A DNA stretch of 64,000 nt, taken from positions 37,926,042 through 37,990,041 of the forward strand of contig NC_068983.1 in the NCBI RefSeq assembly GCF_001194135.2. Direction: 5' to 3'. The position numbers and the translations under genes were made by a program. Shown here one piece after another: positions 12,385-23,905 of the stretch (position 1 is its first letter; each line of letters opens with the position of its first letter). This stretch comes from Octopus bimaculoides. Taxonomy: Eukaryota. A model generated the notes under the pieces. It did not search any database and was not told the DNA's origin. It saw nothing but the letters and a program-made list of their open reading frames with translations.

Positions 12385-12891
12385 TTAAAACTTGTTTGTC
12401 TCAGCTTTATGTCATTATTGGAGCTAAGTTTTTAAGGATCTGATATGGTGCAATTGTGTTAAATATTTCCTGACCTACTACTTACTCTCCTTCAGAATCT
12501 CTTATGTCAAGTCTTGTTTAACTCCTGTCACATACACCTTTCCACTTAACTTTCTAATAGTCTCACCTGCATAAATGTGTTGGCCTATTTCTGAACCTTC
12601 TGATGATACATGAAACATATTATATATAATCTAAATGCAATGTGAACACACTGTTGTTTCCAATATGCTGTTCAAATAACGAACAGCATATTTCATAGTT
12701 CATCCAAGTAAGCACATAATAAAAATCCTTTTTTTGTTCTTTAATAGTCTAAATTTTGGGTGTGTTCCTTGTGTCATACAAAGGTATACTCTAGTACAAA
12801 GGTAAATTAAATATTTAACAAGCACAAAAGTTTTGTTAACTGGAATCTCTAACAAAGTTAAATTGTTCTTTACTTCATTGTTCTATCTTAC

Positions 12892-13162
12892 TGTCATTTT
12901 TATTCTGAAATTCATGTGACAAATCTTTGCTTTCATTTCATCTGCAAATGGTGCTTCAAACTTCTTTATATTATCCCAGGCTATGACACTTAGACATTGT
13001 TTCATTGTACACAGTTCAAGATAGCTTAAAGTTTTCATCTGATGACAAATGGTCTTTAACTTCCTAGATTTCATGAGATTATAAGAAGTTTGAATAAGTT
13101 CCATTCTTTGTGTCTGGTAGAAAAAATCTGTAAATGAGTGCTCAACAAAACATTCTGTAGGT
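12892..13162 (-). CDS. Putative 271-nt internal coding exon of unidentified host gene
   Basis: tttcatAG acceptor, 90 open codons (PTECFVEHSFTDFFYQTQRMELIQ...KICHMNFRIKMT), ACA|GTAAGA donor in phase 0 joining 8362 in frame. Confidence 0.55.
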
Positions 13163-13207
13163 CTATGAAATTTATAATGATAGTACTTTATTATTATTGT
13201 TATTATT

Positions 13208-13742
13208 GAGTGAGAGAGCAATGCACGCGATAAAAGTGACACTGGGGTACAAACATATGAAACTCAATCATGACTCTCCGTCTGATAGGGGTACACCAAG
13301 CTCATGCATCACAACCATAAGTGCATGACATGGTGATCTTATATCAAGATAAACAGTCCATGACCCTGCAGGTGAGGTCCAGTTAAAATTTTCTTCAGGT
13401 TGATTTGCCCATCTCACTCAAAAGGTCACTGAATAAGGGTTGTTTAAAGATGTTGTACAAAACACCCATGTTTACAAAGGTGAATCATTCAAACTTCAAA
13501 GAATTCCTCTCAACACATGGCTGTGATGCTCCCCCACTACTCCTGCTCATGATCAGAGATGCACATATTATCAGCCACCAAGAGACATGCTCAACTGGTT
13601 ATGGTCAAACAACCGACAAGCAAATCTGTAGTATTGAGCAGAATATTTGCTGTAGCCATTCTTTTTATACCAAGACAAAACAATGTGCATGATAACACTT
13701 TCAATCAGTTAAGATCAAAAACCATGAAAGCCAGTGCTTGGT
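13208..13742 (-). mobile_element. Family D (TAA)n-embedded element, full length
   Basis: Reverse complement of 3637-4548 without the nested SINE; (ATT)n runs on both sides. Confidence 0.85.
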
Positions 13743-13829
13743 ATTATTATTATTATTATTATTATTATAATTTTTATTATTATTTACTTTTAATCTGCAT
13801 GTTTGTTACAAACACTTGCTGAGACACAA

Positions 13830-13990
13830 ACAAAATCCTTGAAGGACAAGGCATCCAACTGTAGAAACCATGTCAAAACATAAAATGGAACCTGGTGCAG
13901 CCCCTGGTCTTGCCAGCCTCTGTCAAACCATCCAACCCATACCAGCATGGAAAATGGGTGTTAGATGACGATGAGGATTATGATGATGAT
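13830..13990 (+). mobile_element. RTE-type 3'UTR fragment with (GAT)n tail
   Basis: GGCATCCAACTGTAGAAACC...CAACCCATACCAGCATGGAAA then GAT repeats. Confidence 0.7.
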
Positions 13991-14214
13991 GATTGTTGTT
14001 GATTTTGCTTTGTAGAAATACATTCAGAAAGTTATCCACTCACAGATGAGAGGAAACTTTGCCAACCGTTGTTATTAATAGGAAAGCAAGAACAAAGATC
14101 CGTTTTGAGGAATCACTAGTCTGTACCCCCGCCACCCCCTCTCAGATACTATTAGAGTAAGTTTTTATTTGTTACATTGATAATACATTTGGTTAATAAG
14201 CACTCTGTGGGCAT

Positions 14215-14285
14215 CTGTGTGTGTGTGTGTGTGAGCCTGTGTGTGTATGTATGCTTTTGTGTGTGTGTATGTATGCATGTCTGCC

Positions 14286-14317
<32 letters not shown>

Positions 14318-14590
14318 CGTACGCTCTCTGTGCATATGTATGCTTGTCTCTGTGTGTGTATACTTGTGTATGTGTGTGTATGCTTGTGTGTGTGTGTATG
14401 CTTGTGTGTGTGTGTATGCTTGTCTGTGTGTGTGTGTGTGTATGCATGCTTGTCTGTGTGTGTGTGTATGTATATATGCTTGTCTGTGTATGCATGCATA
14501 TCTATATATGTATATGTGTGTGTGTGTACCTCTGTGTGTGAGTGTTTATGTATGTGTCTGTGTTTGACTGTGTGCATGTATGTTTATGTG
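14215..14590. repeat. Compound (TG)n/(TATG)n microsatellite
   Basis: Directly visible. Confidence 0.97.
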
Positions 14591-15760
14591 TTAGAAATTC
14601 CAGTATTTGTGTGATATCGGCAGAATGGGGTGAGCCAAGCTTAGGAAAGCTGTTTAACAACAAGAAACCAGAACCACCACTGGTACAAATCTACCTCCTC
14701 CTCCTCCTCCTCACCACCACCACCATCATCATCATCATCAACAGCAACAACAATAAAGACCTGTGAAGTGGCAAAAAAAAAATGTAAAAGAAAGGAAGCA
14801 CTCTGGAAATATGAAATCTGATCTGGGTTGGGGGGGGGGGNNNNNNNNNNNNNNNNNNNNNNNNNNNNNNNNNNNNNNNNNNNNNNNNNNNNNNNNNNNN
14901 NNNNNNNNNNNNNNNNNNNNNNNNNNNNNNNNNNNNNNNNNNNNNNNNNNNNNNNNNNNNNNNNNNNNNNNNNNNNNNNNNNNNNNNNNNNNNNNNNNNN
15001 NNNNNNNNNNNNNNNNNNNNNNNNNNNNNNNNNNNNNNNNNNNNNNNNNNNNNNNNNNNNNNNNNNNNNNNNNNNNNNNNNNNNNNNNNNNNNNNNNNNN
15101 NNNNNNNNNNNNNNNNNNNNNNNNNNNNNNNNNNNNNNNNNNNNNNNNNNNNNNNNNNNNNNNNNNNNNNNNNNNNNNNNNNNNNNNNNNNNNNNNNNNN
15201 NNNNNNNNNNNNNNNNNNNNNNNNNNNNNNNNNNNNNNNNNNNNNNNNNNNNNNNNNNNNNNNNNNNNNNNNNNNNNNNNNNNNNNNNNNNNNNNNNNNN
15301 NNNNNNNNNNNNNNNNNNNNNNNNNNNNNNNNNNNNNNNNNNNNNNNNNNNNNNNNNNNNNNNNNNNNNNNNNNNNNNNNNNNNNNNNNNNNNNNNNNNN
15401 NNNNNNNNNNNNNNNNNNNNNNNNNNNNNNNNNNNNNNNNNNNNNNNNNNNNNNNNNNNNNNNNNNNNNNNNNNNNNNNNNNNNNNNNNNNNNNNNNNNN
15501 NNNNNNNNNNNNNNNNNNNNNNNNNNNNNNNNNNNNNNNNNNNNNNNNNNNNNNNNNNNNNNNNNNNNNNNNNNNNNNNNNNNNNNNNNNNNNNNNNNNN
15601 NNNNNNNNNNNNNNNNNNNNNNNNNNNNNNNNNNNNNNNNNNNNNNNNNNNNNNNNNNNNNNNNNNNNNNNNNNNNNNNNNNNNNNNNNNNNNNNNNNNN
15701 NNNNNNNNNNNNNNNNNNNNTAGGTGAGAAAATTGGTATGTGAAAGCACGTGGTTGGATG

Positions 15761-15842
15761 TATAAAAGATAAACAAGAGTGAAAAAACTACAGAAGGCTT
15801 GTGTTACATGGTTAGTTTTTTCACTCTTGTTTATCTTTTATA
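15761..15842. repeat. Perfect 30-bp inverted repeat with 22-nt loop
   Basis: TATAAAAGATAAACAAGAGTGAAAAAACTA at 15761-15790 and its exact reverse complement at 15813-15842. Confidence 0.95.
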
Positions 15843-15856
15843 TATATATATATATA

Positions 15857-16056
15857 CAGTAATCCCTCGCCATATCATGGTTCACCTATCATGGTCTATT
15901 ATTTAAGCTTTTGTCAATTCCTTCGTGGTGTTGTTTTGCATTTATAATGAAATGACTATATACAAATTATAAAAATTAAAAAAATATACAGTACAGTACT
16001 GTTTCTACTTCGCGGATTTTCACCTATTGCTGAAGGGTTTGGAATGTCAAGGGATT

Positions 16057-16062
<6 letters not shown>
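15857..16062. mobile_element. Tc1/mariner (Tigger/pogo-like) MITE
   Basis: TA-flanked CAGTAATCCCTCG left TIR, AGGGATTACT right TIR, internal CTTCGCGGATTTTCACCTAT typical of Tigger-like MITEs. Confidence 0.75.
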
Positions 16063-16091
<29 letters not shown>

Positions 16092-16291
16092 TTACACTAT
16101 CAGGACTTTAGCCTACATGGATTTATGCAGGATTGCACCTAAGGATTTATGGACTTATTTCTGCAAGATTGGAAAGTTGAACTGTGAACTTTTATGCTTC
16201 TTTTTTCTTCTCTTTCTTCATCTCCTTATTTCTTTACTCCTGTCCTCTGTCATCATTTCATTAATTCATACTCTTCTCATTATCTCTATTT

Positions 16292-16347
16292 GTCTCCGAT
16301 GACGGAATATCCCATACTCTGGGATATCCCAGAAACAGCTGTAAGAC
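16292..16347 (+). ncRNA. Decayed minimal type I hammerhead ribozyme
   Basis: gtct-CCGATGA-(stem II ATATCCCA/TGGGATAT)-GAAAC-AGCT-GTA-agac; stem I gtct/agac; U4 of the CUGANGA core mutated to C. Confidence 0.7.
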
Positions 16348-16442
16348 TTTGAATCTTTTTTCCAATAATAATAATGTATGATTGGAGATGTTTGCCTTGC
16401 CTTAATGTTTGTTTTCTTCTTTAACAATTATATATATGTATA

Positions 16443-16481
<39 letters not shown>

Positions 16482-16483
<2 letters not shown>

Positions 16484-16650
16484 CATCATCATCATCATTT
16501 AACGTCTGCTTTCCATGCTAGCAGGGGTTGGACGATTTGACTGAGGACTGGTGAACCAGATGGCTGCACCAGGTTCCAATCTGATCTGACAGTTTCGACA
16601 GCTGGATGCCCTTCCTAATGCCAACCACTCTGAGAGTGTAGTGGAGAGAG
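16482..16650 (-). mobile_element. RTE-type 3'UTR fragment with (CAT)n tail
   Basis: Matches 735-910. Confidence 0.85.
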
Positions 16651-17021
16651 ATAGAAATAGCAGGTTTCTTTCAGTTGCCATCTGCTAAACCTACTCACAA
16701 AGCTTTGGTTGACCCAGGGCTTTCGTATTGTTGAAGCTGCCACACAGTTGGACTGAACCCAGAACTATGTAGTTGAGAAGGAAACTTCCTACCACAAAGC
16801 CATACCTGCACCTCTATATGTATGTATGTACGTACATACATATGTATGTGTGTGTATGTGTGTATGTATATTCATATATGAATATATAAACACTAATAAT
16901 ATAATGAAGTATAGGATTATAGATAAAAATGTTTTTTTAAAAACAGAATTGAAAATATAGTGAAGAGAAAATATAATAATAGGCATCAAAAAATGTTTTG
17001 GGTTACATACTAAAAGAAAAT

Positions 17022-17092
17022 ATTCCTATGGCTGTTTCTGGGGTTCATTCGTCCGAGTAAAAAATGAATCTTGAGATTCATTTTCAGAGAAT
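17022..17092 (-). ncRNA. Heavily decayed hammerhead-like motif
   Basis: attct-CTGAAAA...GAAAC-AGCC-ATA-ggaat; stem I pairs, core has three substitutions relative to the 16292 type. Confidence 0.35.
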
Positions 17093-17136
17093 ACATTATT
17101 AAAGACAGTAAGAAACTAAATAGTTAGATAACATAA

Positions 17137-17368
17137 TTAACCCATTAGCCTTCTAATTACTCTTTCTAATTTATTGCTTATATTTTCACATTGTTTTGAA
17201 TTAATCATGCATTATTTTGTAGCTTTGAGATTTTGTTGATGTGATTGTCTGTCTACGTTTTGAATGACATTGTAGGGTAGGTGTTAAACACTGGATCTGG
17301 TTGGTTTGAACATAAAACTGCTAGAATATTTAAGCCAGATATGGATGGTTTAAATACTAAAGGATTAA
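17137..17368 (+). mobile_element. TTAA-ended piggyBac-like MITE family 1
   Basis: TTAACCC...AAAGGATTAA; homologous copies at 21770, 39478, 46833, 63027. Confidence 0.8.
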
Positions 17369-17554
17369 ATGAAATATTAGATAGCGTAAGGCAGTTGGAT
17401 CAAACTCATTTGGCTTTGCAGGCCATATTGAAATATAAGCTAAGTCTTTTGGGCTAGATAGGAAGGGTTATTCCTAAAAACTTTATTTGTAACATAAGTG
17501 AAAAGAAATGGATAAAGGGATTAATAAGCAATATAAAAACTTTATTAGCAGGCA

Positions 17555-17709
17555 TAGAAGTGGGTGTATGTGGTAAGTAGCTTGCTTCCCAACCACATGG
17601 TTCCGGGTTTAGTCCCACTGTGTGGCACCTTAGACAAGTGCCTTCTACTATATCCTCAGGCCAGCTAAAACCTTGTGAGAGAAACTGAAAGAAATGCATC
17701 ATATATATA

Positions 17710-17784
<75 letters not shown>

Positions 17785-17990
17785 TTGTTTCTGTATTCGT
17801 CACCCCACCATCGCTTGACATCTGATGCTGGTATGTTTATGTCCCTGTAACTTAGTGCTTCGGCAAAAGAGACTAATAGAATAATAGACTTACAAAGAAT
17901 AAGTCCTGGGGTTGATTTGTTCGACTAAAGGCGGTGCTCCAGCATGGCCACAGTCGAATGACTGAAACAAATAAAAGAATAAACAAAATA
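17555..17990 (+). mobile_element. Full-length SINE A with expanded internal (TA)n
   Basis: Head and tail match the 3921 copy. Confidence 0.88.
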
Positions 17991-18529
17991 CAGAAGGGAA
18001 AGAATATGAGATGTTAGTAAAGTTTTTGTACAGACAAAACCTCAGTCACATGGTATATACATACCATGTGAGTATACCATATCTATAATTCTAAGAAAGA
18101 GTCCTTAGAGCGAGCGGGGAGACAGACCTTGTTGAAATGAATGCATACAATTCTTTAAAAGACCAATCCTTCATCTTTTTCTGTTTTTTTTACTTGTTTC
18201 ATTCATTAGACTGTGGCCATGCTGGAGCACTGCATGTCAGCGGACAACCATCGGATATATTTTACATCATATAAGGGTAAGATACCCAATCTTTCTGCTG
18301 TTTTCATGACTATATTGTATTCAAAATATTATTTTCTTGTCTGTATAATATGATACACATTCAACGCTTCCGGGGGGGGGGGGGAAGAAAATCAGAGCAC
18401 CAGCTGTCTTGGTTGCCAGAGCACAGCTGTCTGGCTTTCATGCTGGTAGCACATAAATAGCACCATTACCAAAGTCGCCTTCCTGGCACTTGTGCCAGTG
18501 GCAGTATTCTTTCACCACAACTTTCTCTC

Positions 18530-18735
18530 ACTCTTTCTTCCTATTTCTGTTGTACCTGTATTTCAGAGGGCGAGCCTTGTCACCCTCTGTGTCATGCTGA
18601 ATCTCCTTCAGAAATTTGAAGGGTACATGTGTCTGAGGTGTGCTCAGCCACTTGCATGTTAATTTCACAAGCAGGCTGTTCCATTGATTTGATCAACTGG
18701 AACCCTCGTCGTTGTAACTGACGCAGTGCCATAGT
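18530..18735 (+). mobile_element. 3' part of SINE family C
   Basis: Reverse complement of 26400-26600. Confidence 0.7.
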
Positions 18736-18781
18736 ATATATATATATATATATATATAAAACTTAGATAGGTTTTGGCCAA

Positions 18782-18846
<65 letters not shown>

Positions 18847-19234
18847 TACATATATATATATAGAGAGACAAATAAATGAATATTTGCAAATACCATGTCT
18901 TGTTACTGATTGGTTGGTTAACAAACCCTTGCTTATTCAGACTTAGTCATCTGAAGACTCATTATGATATTTTTTAAAAACTGCAGTTTTATTTTTTTGC
19001 TAAACTTTATACATTATTGCTAAGCTTTTTGTTATTTGCAAGAATGGTCTGGCAAATTGCATCTCTTCCTTTTTTTGTGCATTAATTTTTACTTTTTGTG
19101 TTTTGTTTATTTTTTTTCCATTGTTTATATATATATATATATATATTTTTTTTTTTTATCAGATATGTAATAGAGCCTTAATGTTTAGATGAGGCTTCTG
19201 TGAGAAAATGTGTTTAATAGGTGTTTATGTGTGA

Positions 19235-19272
<38 letters not shown>

Positions 19273-19369
19273 TGTGTCGGAGGGTAGGTTGTTTATGCAT
19301 GTGAATTGAAGTGAGGATGTATGCATGTATTTCTGCATTGGGATGTTTATATGCATGTATGTATTGGTA

Positions 19370-19520
19370 ATCAATAGCATCATCACCATCAACATCTTCA
19401 TCATCCTGATCACCACCACCACAACCATCACCATCATTCTCACTGTCATTAGCATTATTGCTCATCATCATCAGCTTTACTCTTCTCACCACCACCACCA
19501 CCACCACCACCACCACCCCC
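19370..19520. repeat. (CAT/CAC)n trinucleotide repeat
   Basis: Directly visible. Confidence 0.95.
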
Positions 19521-20035
19521 ATCATTATTCCCATCCTTTCCACTTCTACAGAGGACATTAGTTGCTCTGGGAATTCGAATTATGTCCCCAACTACTGATA
19601 AAGTTTGGTTCCTTTGTTCCCTCCCCACTACTCCCTCACCGCCACTCCCTTTAGTGATGCCCACCCGGATTCTGTTACAAATGTTGCATGTGTATGGAGC
19701 GTCAGGGGTATTTTTTGACCTTTCTTTCTCTCTCTAGAGTTTTTACACATGCCCACTAAATGTAGGGAGGTGCACAGAAGAAGTGTGAATTTTTACAGGT
19801 TGAGAAAGATTTACCATCATTTGCTGCTGGGTGAAAATAACGGTCAGCTTGACCTTCTGAATGCAGTACTATTTCAGTATCATGGCTGTGTGGTTAAGAA
19901 CCTCACTTTGCAATCTCATAGTTTCAAGTTCAGTTCTGCTGCATGGCATTTTGGGCAAGTGTATTTGGTAAATGCTTTGTGGGTGAATTTGGTGCATGGA
20001 CACTATGCAGAAGATTGTCTCATGTTCACACATGA

Positions 20036-20089
<54 letters not shown>

Positions 20090-20093
<4 letters not shown>

Positions 20094-20340
20094 CCAGTAG
20101 TGACCCATGCATACCAGCTTACCCTCTCCACACCATCAATGTTATCCAAGGGAAAGACAAAGCCTGATACAACTTGTACTAGTGGCATTGCAATTCATTT
20201 CTGCAGCTGAGTGAACTGGAGCGACATGAAATAAAGTGTTTTGCTCAAGAACACAACATGCACCCCAGTCCCGGAATTGAACTCACTACCTCATGATTGT
20301 GAGACCGGCACTCTAACCACTGAGACATGTGCCTTCATGA
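20090..20340 (-). mobile_element. tRNA-derived SINE family C
   Basis: Minus strand GAAGGCACATGTCTCAGTGGTTAGAGTG...GAGTTCAATTCCGGGACTGG...TTGAGCAAAACACTTTATTTC; matches 58295 copy. Confidence 0.85.
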
Positions 20341-20628
20341 GTAATAAACACACCATTATGAACATAGCTTTTGCACCAAAAACCAATATGAGTATGAGAG
20401 TTTCTCTTGGAATCTAACACAGTATAGTTTGTTCTAACAGAGCATCCACATTTAACTTTGGTATTCCTTTAGAACCCACTTCTTATAATACAGAATAAGC
20501 ACCATTTATATCTTCGCTTGGAACTTTTTTGTTTGGCTGTCACTGTTCAATCTCTTCAATTTCTGTTCAAGTTGATTTCCTATTCAGTGTAATGGTGTAG
20601 TTTTATATGCTAATCAATGCCATGAAAT

Positions 20629-20900
20629 TCATTTTTGCCATAAATAAATAGATACAGAGTTATTAGCTTTTAAAATTTGCAAATATTGGTTAATTTTAGC
20701 CAATCGTAAGCCAAAGACACATTCATCCCTGTTTCGATAGTAACAAGCCAAACATGAGAACCCTTTTGTCTGTGAAAGAGCAGGTATTGACAAATATATT
20801 CTATGTGAAAGCATGTGTGTCGATGCTGTGTTCTGCTGCTTTTGCCCATCTGCTGCTTGTGCTCTGGTCAAGGGAAGTGTTAAAAATAACAACCAACTAA
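20629..20900 (-). pseudogene. hAT transposase C-terminal dimerization-domain relic
   Basis: LLFLTLPLTRAQA...LSQTKGFSCLACYYRNRDECVFGL..KINQYLQILKAN resembles FLTLPVT.ASAERSFS..MSQERLS.LA.L.IE of hAT dimerization domains. Confidence 0.55.
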
Positions 20901-21194
20901 GCCTTAAATCATGCACCCTCAGTTTTTTGGGGGAGCAGGGTTGCATAATTGTATGAATTCCCGAGTGTAGAATACAAATTTGTAAAAAATTTTCTGAAAA
21001 TTCCAAAAAATAAAAAAATATTATGAGTTAAATGTTGTGCATAAAGCAGAAATTGATTTATTTACTGTTTCATATTAAAACATGTACAAAAGGACAGCTT
21101 CCAAATCCTGTTTTCTGACTAGGTGAAAATTTCCTGGAAAAAGTAAAATATTTCCTGAGATTCAGCTTGGAAAACTACATTAATACACCCACTA

Positions 21195-21345
21195 CACTTC
21201 GAGTGGTTGGCATTAGGAAAGGCATCCAGCTGCAGAAACCTTACCAGATTAGATTGGAACGTGGTGCAGCCTCCTGGCTTGCCAGTCCTCAGTCAAACCA
21301 TCCAATTCATACCAGTATGGAAAGCAGACGTTAAACGATGATGAC
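21195..21345 (+). mobile_element. RTE-type 3'UTR fragment
   Basis: Matches 47945-48120. Confidence 0.85.
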
Positions 21346-21422
21346 ACCATTTTTTAAAATTTTCAATAAACTTTAAAATTTCCACAGCTGCAGCCAAACA
21401 GAAAAGATCATTTTGTTTAACT

Positions 21423-21760
21423 CAGTAGTTCTCAACTGGGGTCCATATAGACCCTGAGGGTCTATAGAAGATTTTTGGAGGTCTGCACAACAAAATAGTG
21501 AATTGTAGATGCACAATTTTAAGGACTCCTAAAAAAAATTTGCATTAGATGTATGTATTTGTATGCATTGCAAGTAACCATGAGGTCTCTTTCTCTAACA
21601 TTTTACATAGTTCAACCTACACAAGTTAACGTGTGAAAAGCAAAATAGGAATTTTGAAAGAAGTTTCTATAAAACTAGTTTTTAGACAGTGAATGGATAT
21701 GGTGGGGTCCACCAGAATGAACAGGTAATTAAAGGGGTCCATAGATAAAAAATGGTTTGA
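21423..21760. mobile_element. hAT MITE (CAGTAGTTCTCAAC end), right end disrupted
   Basis: Same family as 25944-26166; right TIR replaced by the TTAA MITE at 21770. Confidence 0.65.
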
Positions 21761-21769
21761 CTTAACTCC

Positions 21770-21989
21770 TTAACCTTTAGTATTTAGACCGGTCATATCC
21801 GGCCCAAATTTTTTGTCCATTTTATGCTCAAACCAGCCAGATTCAGCCTCTTACACCTACCCTAAAATGTCATTCTAAAAATACACAATCAGATCATCAA
21901 AATCTTGATGCTATGAGACAATGCATGGTTACTTAAAAACAATGTGAACAAATAAAACATTAAATTTAACAGAATAATCAAAAGGTTGA
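21770..21989 (-). mobile_element. TTAA-ended MITE family 1
   Basis: Reverse complement of 17137-17368. Confidence 0.8.
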
Positions 21990-22827
21990 CTTGTTCCTTT
22001 CCATTCTTTCAAGGAGCAACTTTTGCCATCTTTCTTGGTACCTTTATTTTTTATTGGAATTCCATCCACTTTAATTCTCTCCCCAACTCCCTTTGCTTTT
22101 ATACTTGTGTGTTTTATATTTATATCTGTGGCTAGTCTTAGATATTTCTGCCATGTTTTTGCCACCATCCACTCACCTCACTTCCCCACATAGTTCCATT
22201 TCTGTCATCATCATCATCATCATCATTACCATTATCATGGGTAGCAGCTTCTTCTTCATCATCACATTTAACATCATCATGATGTTATAGTTGTCATGAT
22301 CATCCTTTATCTCTTTCAACAAAGCCTCTCCTCCTCTCCTCCCCTTCTCTACCTCTTACCCCTTTCCTCCAAGTATTTATTTATTATATTTCCTAGGCAG
22401 CTTCCTTCCTGGTTGGGGGTCATTTATTTTATCCAAGGGGCTATTATTCTACCCTACACTCCTTCCTCTAACACATGCTACACCTACTATAAGGCCCTTC
22501 ATCTTCCCCATAGCCCCTTAAACTAAAGGGTAATCATCTTCATGGGATGATATGGAAGAGGGAGTTGTATGCTATCTCCTTAAAAGATAACTCAAAGGGT
22601 CAAAAGTTAGGTCAAAGTCCCCCCCTCAAATCAGTCAGTATTAAATTAGGGTCTTGTAAATGTAAGTATGGAGATAAGGCTTTTTTGGGGAGGACCCCTG
22701 CTGTTTGATGTTTATTGCTTTGAAAGCTAGAAGAAAAAGGACCCTATCATGTCTTCAACCAGGTCTTCTTTCATTTTAGGGACCCCTTTTATGCTTTCTT
22801 CAGTTAATCAATCTTCTGATCAGAGTG

Positions 22828-22910
<83 letters not shown>

Positions 22911-23905
22911 GTGAGAGAGAGGGAGAGAGAAAGAGTGTGTGTGTCTGTGTGTTGCTGTTTAGTCCACCTTGGTCAGCTCTTGTAAAGTAGACCTACTGAC
23001 AAAAGTGATCCACAGTGTATATGGGAATACATTCTCCTGTGTGCATTCTTTCATTAAAAAGATTAAGGAGCAATTTGAGGAAGATTTGATTGCTGCATCT
23101 TGCAGGTTGGACATCTACATAAAAATTCCATTCATCACTCTGGATTAGGTGAAATGCATCATAATCTTTGTTTTGGGGTGGAAACAGATGGAAGCATGTC
23201 TAGGAATGTAAAATGTATGTGTGACTGAGAAATTGGAGTGTTTGTGTGTGTATATGCATGTGTGTATGCATGTGTATGTGCATGCATGTGTCCATGCATG
23301 TGTGTGTATGTGTACATGTGTATGTGTGTGTATGTATTTGCATGCATGTATGTGAGCAAGTGTGTATGTGTATGTGTGTGTGAGATCAGTAGTTTATATT
23401 TGCTTATTATTTTTCTTATTGGTTGAGCATCTATCTTTTATCTTTTACTTGTTTAAATCATTACACAGCAGCCTTGCTGGGGCACTACCTTGAAGAATTT
23501 TTTAGTTGAATGAATCAATCCCAGCACTTTTTTTTTTAAAACCTGCTACTATTAATATCTTTTGCTGATCCACTAAGTTACAGGGACATAAACACACCAA
23601 CACTGGTTGTCATGTGGCAGGGTGGGGACAAACACAAACAGGAAGGCACACATGCATGCACATGATGGGCTTCTAGTTTTTGTCTGCCAAATGCACTCAG
23701 ACCTTAGTTGGTTCCAAGGCTATAGTAATAACCACTTGCCTAAAGTGCTACACAATGGGACTGAACCACAGTTGTGTGGGTGGGAAGCAAGCTTCTTACC
23801 ACACGGCCATGTCAGCACATAAAGTTGAACTCACCAGGATTTGAAGGTAGAAAAATTAAGAACTGGAATGCAAACTGCAAAACCTTTTTAACTGATACTC
23901 CAAAG

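Noticed and set aside
12487-12600. Minus-strand exon candidate (GSEIGQHIYA) with GTGAGA/GTAAGT donors
   Set aside because: Phase 1-1 is incompatible with the flanking phase-0 junction; lies near the piggyBac end
14152-14614. Long HT/VC/YI-rich ORFs (also 33384-34479, 43173-43758 and many others)
   Set aside because: Translations of dinucleotide microsatellites
14691-15776. ORFs of 300+ aa (also 51766-52170)
   Set aside because: They run through N-gaps
16090-16340. Decayed SR-rich pseudogene on the minus strand
   Set aside because: Stops in all frames; region better explained as low-complexity flank of the plus-strand hammerhead
20400-20580. piggyBac-like Cys-rich tail (KRRYKWCLFC...TKVKCGCS) on the minus strand
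   Set aside because: Too short and degenerate, no upstream DDD domain visible
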